Assembly: GCA_002269645.1 (NCBI GenBank)
Contig: NIVC01002046.1
Span: 1 to 64,000 of the forward strand
Reading direction: 5' to 3'
DNA: 64,000 bases
Origin: Macrostomum lignano
Lineage: Eukaryota
Under the pieces are notes generated by a model, which searched no databases, was not told the origin of the DNA, and saw only the letters and a program-made list of their open reading frames with translations. Each line of letters opens with the position of its first letter. Position 1 is the stretch's first letter. Below, one piece after another: positions 54,501-64,000 of the stretch. Position numbers and translations under genes: made by a program.

Positions 54501-55884
54501 ACAAATAAACAGACACAAAGCAAGACAACTAAACAGACACAAAGCAAGACAACTAAACAGACACAAAGCAAGACAACTAAACAGACACAAAGCAAGACAA
54601 CTAAACAGAAACAAAGCAAGACAACTAAACAGACACAAAGCAAGACAACTAAACAGACACAAAGCAAGACAACTAAACAGACACAAAGCAAGACAACTAA
54701 ACAGACACAAAGCAAGACAACTAAACAGAAACAAAGCAAGACAACTAAACAGACACAAAGCAAGACAACTAAACAGACACAAAGCAAGACAACTAAACAG
54801 ACACAAAGCAAGACAACTAAACAGACACAAAGCAAGACAAATAAACAGACACAAAGCAAGACAACTAAACAGACACAAAGCAAGACAAATAAACAGACAC
54901 AAAGCAAGACAAATAAACAGACACAAAGCAAGACAACTAAACAGACACAAAGCAAGACAACTAAACAGACACAAAGCAAGACAACTAAACAGAAACAAAG
55001 CAAGACAACTAAACAGACACAAAGCAAGACAACTAAACAGATACAAAGCAAGACAAATAAACAGACACAAAGCAAGACAACTAAACAGACACAAAGCAAG
55101 ACAAATAAACAGACACAAAGCAAGACAAATAAACAGACACAAAGCAAGACAAATAAACAGACACAAAGCAAGACAAATAAACAGACACAAAGCAAGACAA
55201 ATAAACAGACACAAAGCAAGACAAATAAACAGACACAAAGCAAGACAACTAAACAGACACAAAGCAAGACAACTAAACAGACACAAAGCAAGACAACTAA
55301 ACAGACACAAAGCAAGACAAATAAACAGACACAAAGCAAGACAAATAAACAGACACAAAGCAAGACAACTAAACAGAAACAAAGCAAGACAACTAAACAG
55401 AAACAAAGCAAGACAACTAAACAGAAACAAAGCAAGACAACTAAACAGATACAAAGCAAGACAACTAAACAGATACAAAGCAAGACAAATAAACAGACAC
55501 AAAGCAAGACAACTAAACAGACACAAAGCAAGACAAATAAACAGACACAAAGCAAGACAAATAAACAGACACAAATACCTTAACAAAGGCATCTTTGCCA
55601 TTCCAGAATCCCCAAGCGAAGCACAGCCGGCAGCCGCTGTCGCAAATTCCCAGCAGGCCGTCCTCCCCAGCCAGGTAGGGGTCACGGTGGGATCGGTGGA
55701 AATCGCAAAACTCCCAGCAACTGCCATCGGCTGACAGGTCTTCCCGAATAGTGGCCCACTGTCTGTCAGACAGGTACGGACCGAACTCGACCGGTGCCTG
55801 ACGAAGCTGCTTGGCTTCAGTGGCCTCCAAATTTTGCTGCTGCTGCTTCTGCTTTGTTGCTTTTGCTTGGTACTGTCGCTTCAT
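45567..55884 (-). CDS. GH63-like / MGH1-like (alpha/alpha)6 glucosidase of the bacterial-fungal (yeast YMR196W-like) type, ~906 aa; exons 55884-55579, 54410-54043, 53641-~53378, 51131-50781, 49502-49310, 48187-47592, 46892-46741, 46209-45928, 45775-45567
   Basis: Family motifs occur in order: [119 protein letters not shown]. The exons sum to 2721 nt in frame; the exon 3/4 junction is ambiguous. Confidence 0.9.
46375..46715. repeat. 28-29-bp minisatellite (GGGAATTCTGAGTGTGGCGCCAATGTCTA), glucosidase intron 7; counterpart at 34905-35190
   Basis: Direct inspection. Confidence 0.9.
46950..47472. repeat. 20-bp minisatellite (GGCACTAAATTGAGTACAGT), glucosidase intron 6
   Basis: Direct inspection. 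Confidence 0.93.
48228..49255. repeat. 12-bp repeat (GAGTGTGTGACT and variants), glucosidase intron 5
   Basis: Direct inspection. Confidence 0.93.
49600..50740. repeat. 32-bp minisatellite (ATCTACAATCAGATTTGATCAAAATCTCATTC), glucosidase intron 4
   Basis: Direct inspection. Confidence 0.93.
51251..51451 (-). mobile_element. tRNA-derived SINE, most complete copy in the window
   Basis: Minus strand reads GCGGTGCCGTAGCCCAGTGGTCCAG (A-box-like), GGCTCGATTCC (B-box-like), the body, then a (CTAGAAG)3 tail. Other partial copies occur in the window. Confidence 0.8.
51451..53320. repeat. 23-bp minisatellite (CTCTATCGGAGGGTACAGACAGT), glucosidase intron 3
   Basis: Direct inspection; 23-aa period in three frames. 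Confidence 0.96.
53705..54035. repeat. 35-bp minisatellite (GTGTTAATCCCCTAATTAGAGATCCCATCACCCAG), glucosidase intron 2
   Basis: Direct inspection. Confidence 0.93.
54485..55575. repeat. 24-bp minisatellite (ACAAAGCAAGACAACTAAACAGAC), glucosidase intron 1
   Basis: Direct inspection; 8-aa period. Confidence 0.96.
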
Positions 55885-56214
55885 TGTTGCAATTCTTCTA
55901 TACTTCTACGACTAAAGCTATAGTCTTCTGCTTCTAGTAGACACTTCTAAGTCTCCCTCTTGTTTATCAGCAAACTGAGAATGCGAGCGGACATGCATTA
56001 AATAGAAATTAACTGCATTTAGAGGACAGCACAATGCGGTTTCTCTGATAACACTCTCAAAGAAGTTTGCAGTCATTTCTTTCTACTGGCAAACCTATCT
56101 ATTAAGCCAGAGATAAAGTTGTATTGACATTTTAACGTACATACGCTCGTACAATGACACAGAGAACTTTAGACTCAATTTTTAGGGCTAAATTGGCGCG
56201 AAAACCTTACCCAT

Positions 56215-56597
56215 GGCGCTAGAATCTTGCTTGTAGTGCTAAAATCTTGCTTGCGGCGCTAAAAACTTGCTTGTAGCGCTAAAATCTTGCTTGCGGCGCT
56301 AAAATCTTGCTTGTGGCGATAAAATCTTGCTTGTAGCGCTAAAATCTTGCTTGTAGCGCTAAAATCTGGCTTGCGGCGCCAAAATCTTGCTTGTAGCGCT
56401 AAAATCTTGCTTGCGGCGCTAAAATCTTGCTTGTAGCGCTAAAATCTTGCTTGCGGCGCTAAAATCTTGCTTGTAGCGCTAAAATCTTGCTTGCGGCGCT
56501 AAAATCTTGCTTGTAGCGCTAAAATCTTGCTTGTAGCGCTAAAATCTTGCTTGTGGCGCTAAAATCTTGCTTGTGGCGATAAAATCTTGCTTGTGGC
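56215..56597. repeat. 20-bp minisatellite (AAAATCTTGCTTGTAGCGCT), intergenic upstream of the glucosidase
   Basis: Direct inspection. Confidence 0.94.
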
Positions 56598-57763
56598 TCG
56601 CTCGTGACCCTGCCCCTTTCAGATGAAAATCTTGTCTACACTACGAGCGTACTGCTCCGAAAGTCAATTTAAATGCTAAACATACTACTTACATATTACT
56701 TACTAGATCAGAATGTGATTCATTAGGTAAAGAATAGTCAAAATCGTAATTATTAACATAAATCAAGACGGGTCATATATTTGGGGTTGTATTCAAAAAA
56801 ACTGCTCAATAAAATTCATTAGCAAATCCTGAATATAACGTTTGAATATTTATAAGATCGTGACATAGGAATAAACCTAAATAAATATAGCAAATATGCA
56901 CATACTATGCTACTAACTTCGCGCCTTTAGTAGCATGAAATAACAATTGCGAAATAAGAACAAATAAACTACGAAAAGCTGAACAAAAACTGTTTTGAAT
57001 AAAAACCAAAAACTACTCTATCAGGGAAGGTAAAAGTTATTCTTAACAGATTAAAACAATAAAAACTTAAGCGAAAATCTAAGAAATATCTTATTATAGA
57101 GCTCTCATTTGTAATTAAAATAGGTGCATAAAATGACTCAGTTGAACAATATAGCATATTTACACATTGGAAGTCTGAAGTTTTGTTACTGAAGTTGCTT
57201 GGAAAAGTCTAGAATTATTAATTGACAAAAAAGAGACGCACCACCGATATGTTGAGTAAATCATTTAACAAAGCAATAAAAACCATACGAGTTATATACT
57301 GGCAATAAATTGGGCGATTGCACCATTAACTTGACCGTGCCTTTGTTCAAGTTTGTCTAGATGTGAAGTCTGTTTGGAATGTAAAAATTTCAAGCATTTA
57401 ATTGGCATCAACTATCTGATATTATTCTTTGATCCGGCAAAGGGTTCAGCCAATCCAAGTCGCAAAGATGCCCACACGGAAAAATAGACAGAGTATTAAT
57501 TAGCTGACGAGGCATTTAGCGTTATTAAGACAGTTATAGTTACTCTTCCCGTTTATCCAAAATAGCGTTAATTTGGCTTTAGGGTTTCTGTTATAGGTGA
57601 GTCGCATTTTTGTCAAAAAGTGTAAATCAGGTGGTTGCGCATGTATGTTATTCGGTAAAAATACAGCCAATGAAAACGGTACACACATAGAAGCGGGCAT
57701 CAATATCAATATTGAACAGTTATGAAATCTCTTTCTCATTTTAAAACAGCTAAATAAATTCAT

Positions 57764-64000
<6,237 letters not shown>

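Noticed and set aside
45567-55884. Bacterial contamination as the source of the glucosidase
   Set aside because: The gene has eight GT-AG introns carrying host-type minisatellites and a SINE, is contiguous with animal genes, and is partly included in the host duplication.

Overview
Eukaryotic (animal) genomic DNA with spliceosomal introns. The minisatellite-stuffed introns and (TGTC)n/(GATA)n tracts are consistent with a free-living flatworm such as Macrostomum, but this is inference only. From left to right: CpG-depleted TE debris (an internally deleted Gypsy-like LTR element with intact termini and TSD, and a mariner remnant); an intronless DEG/ENaC channel (-); NAA20 (+) with a U12-type intron; a 5-exon beta-lactamase-family serine hydrolase (+); a NOL7-like ORF; and two tandem single-pass receptors with a TNFR/Grindelwald-like Cys-rich domain. 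Next is a ~12 kb tandem duplication carrying two KIF14-like kinesin-3 genes plus orphan 3' exons of the neighbouring gene. That neighbour is a 9-exon, ~906-aa bacterial/fungal-type GH63-like (MGH1/YMR196W-like) glucosidase (-), a horizontal-transfer candidate. PRC1/MAP65/Ase1 (-) runs off the right edge. Most introns carry their own tandem repeat, and most long ORFs in the supplied track are translations of these repeats. Exon coordinates were derived by eye from GT/AG sites and reading-frame continuity; no database searches were run.
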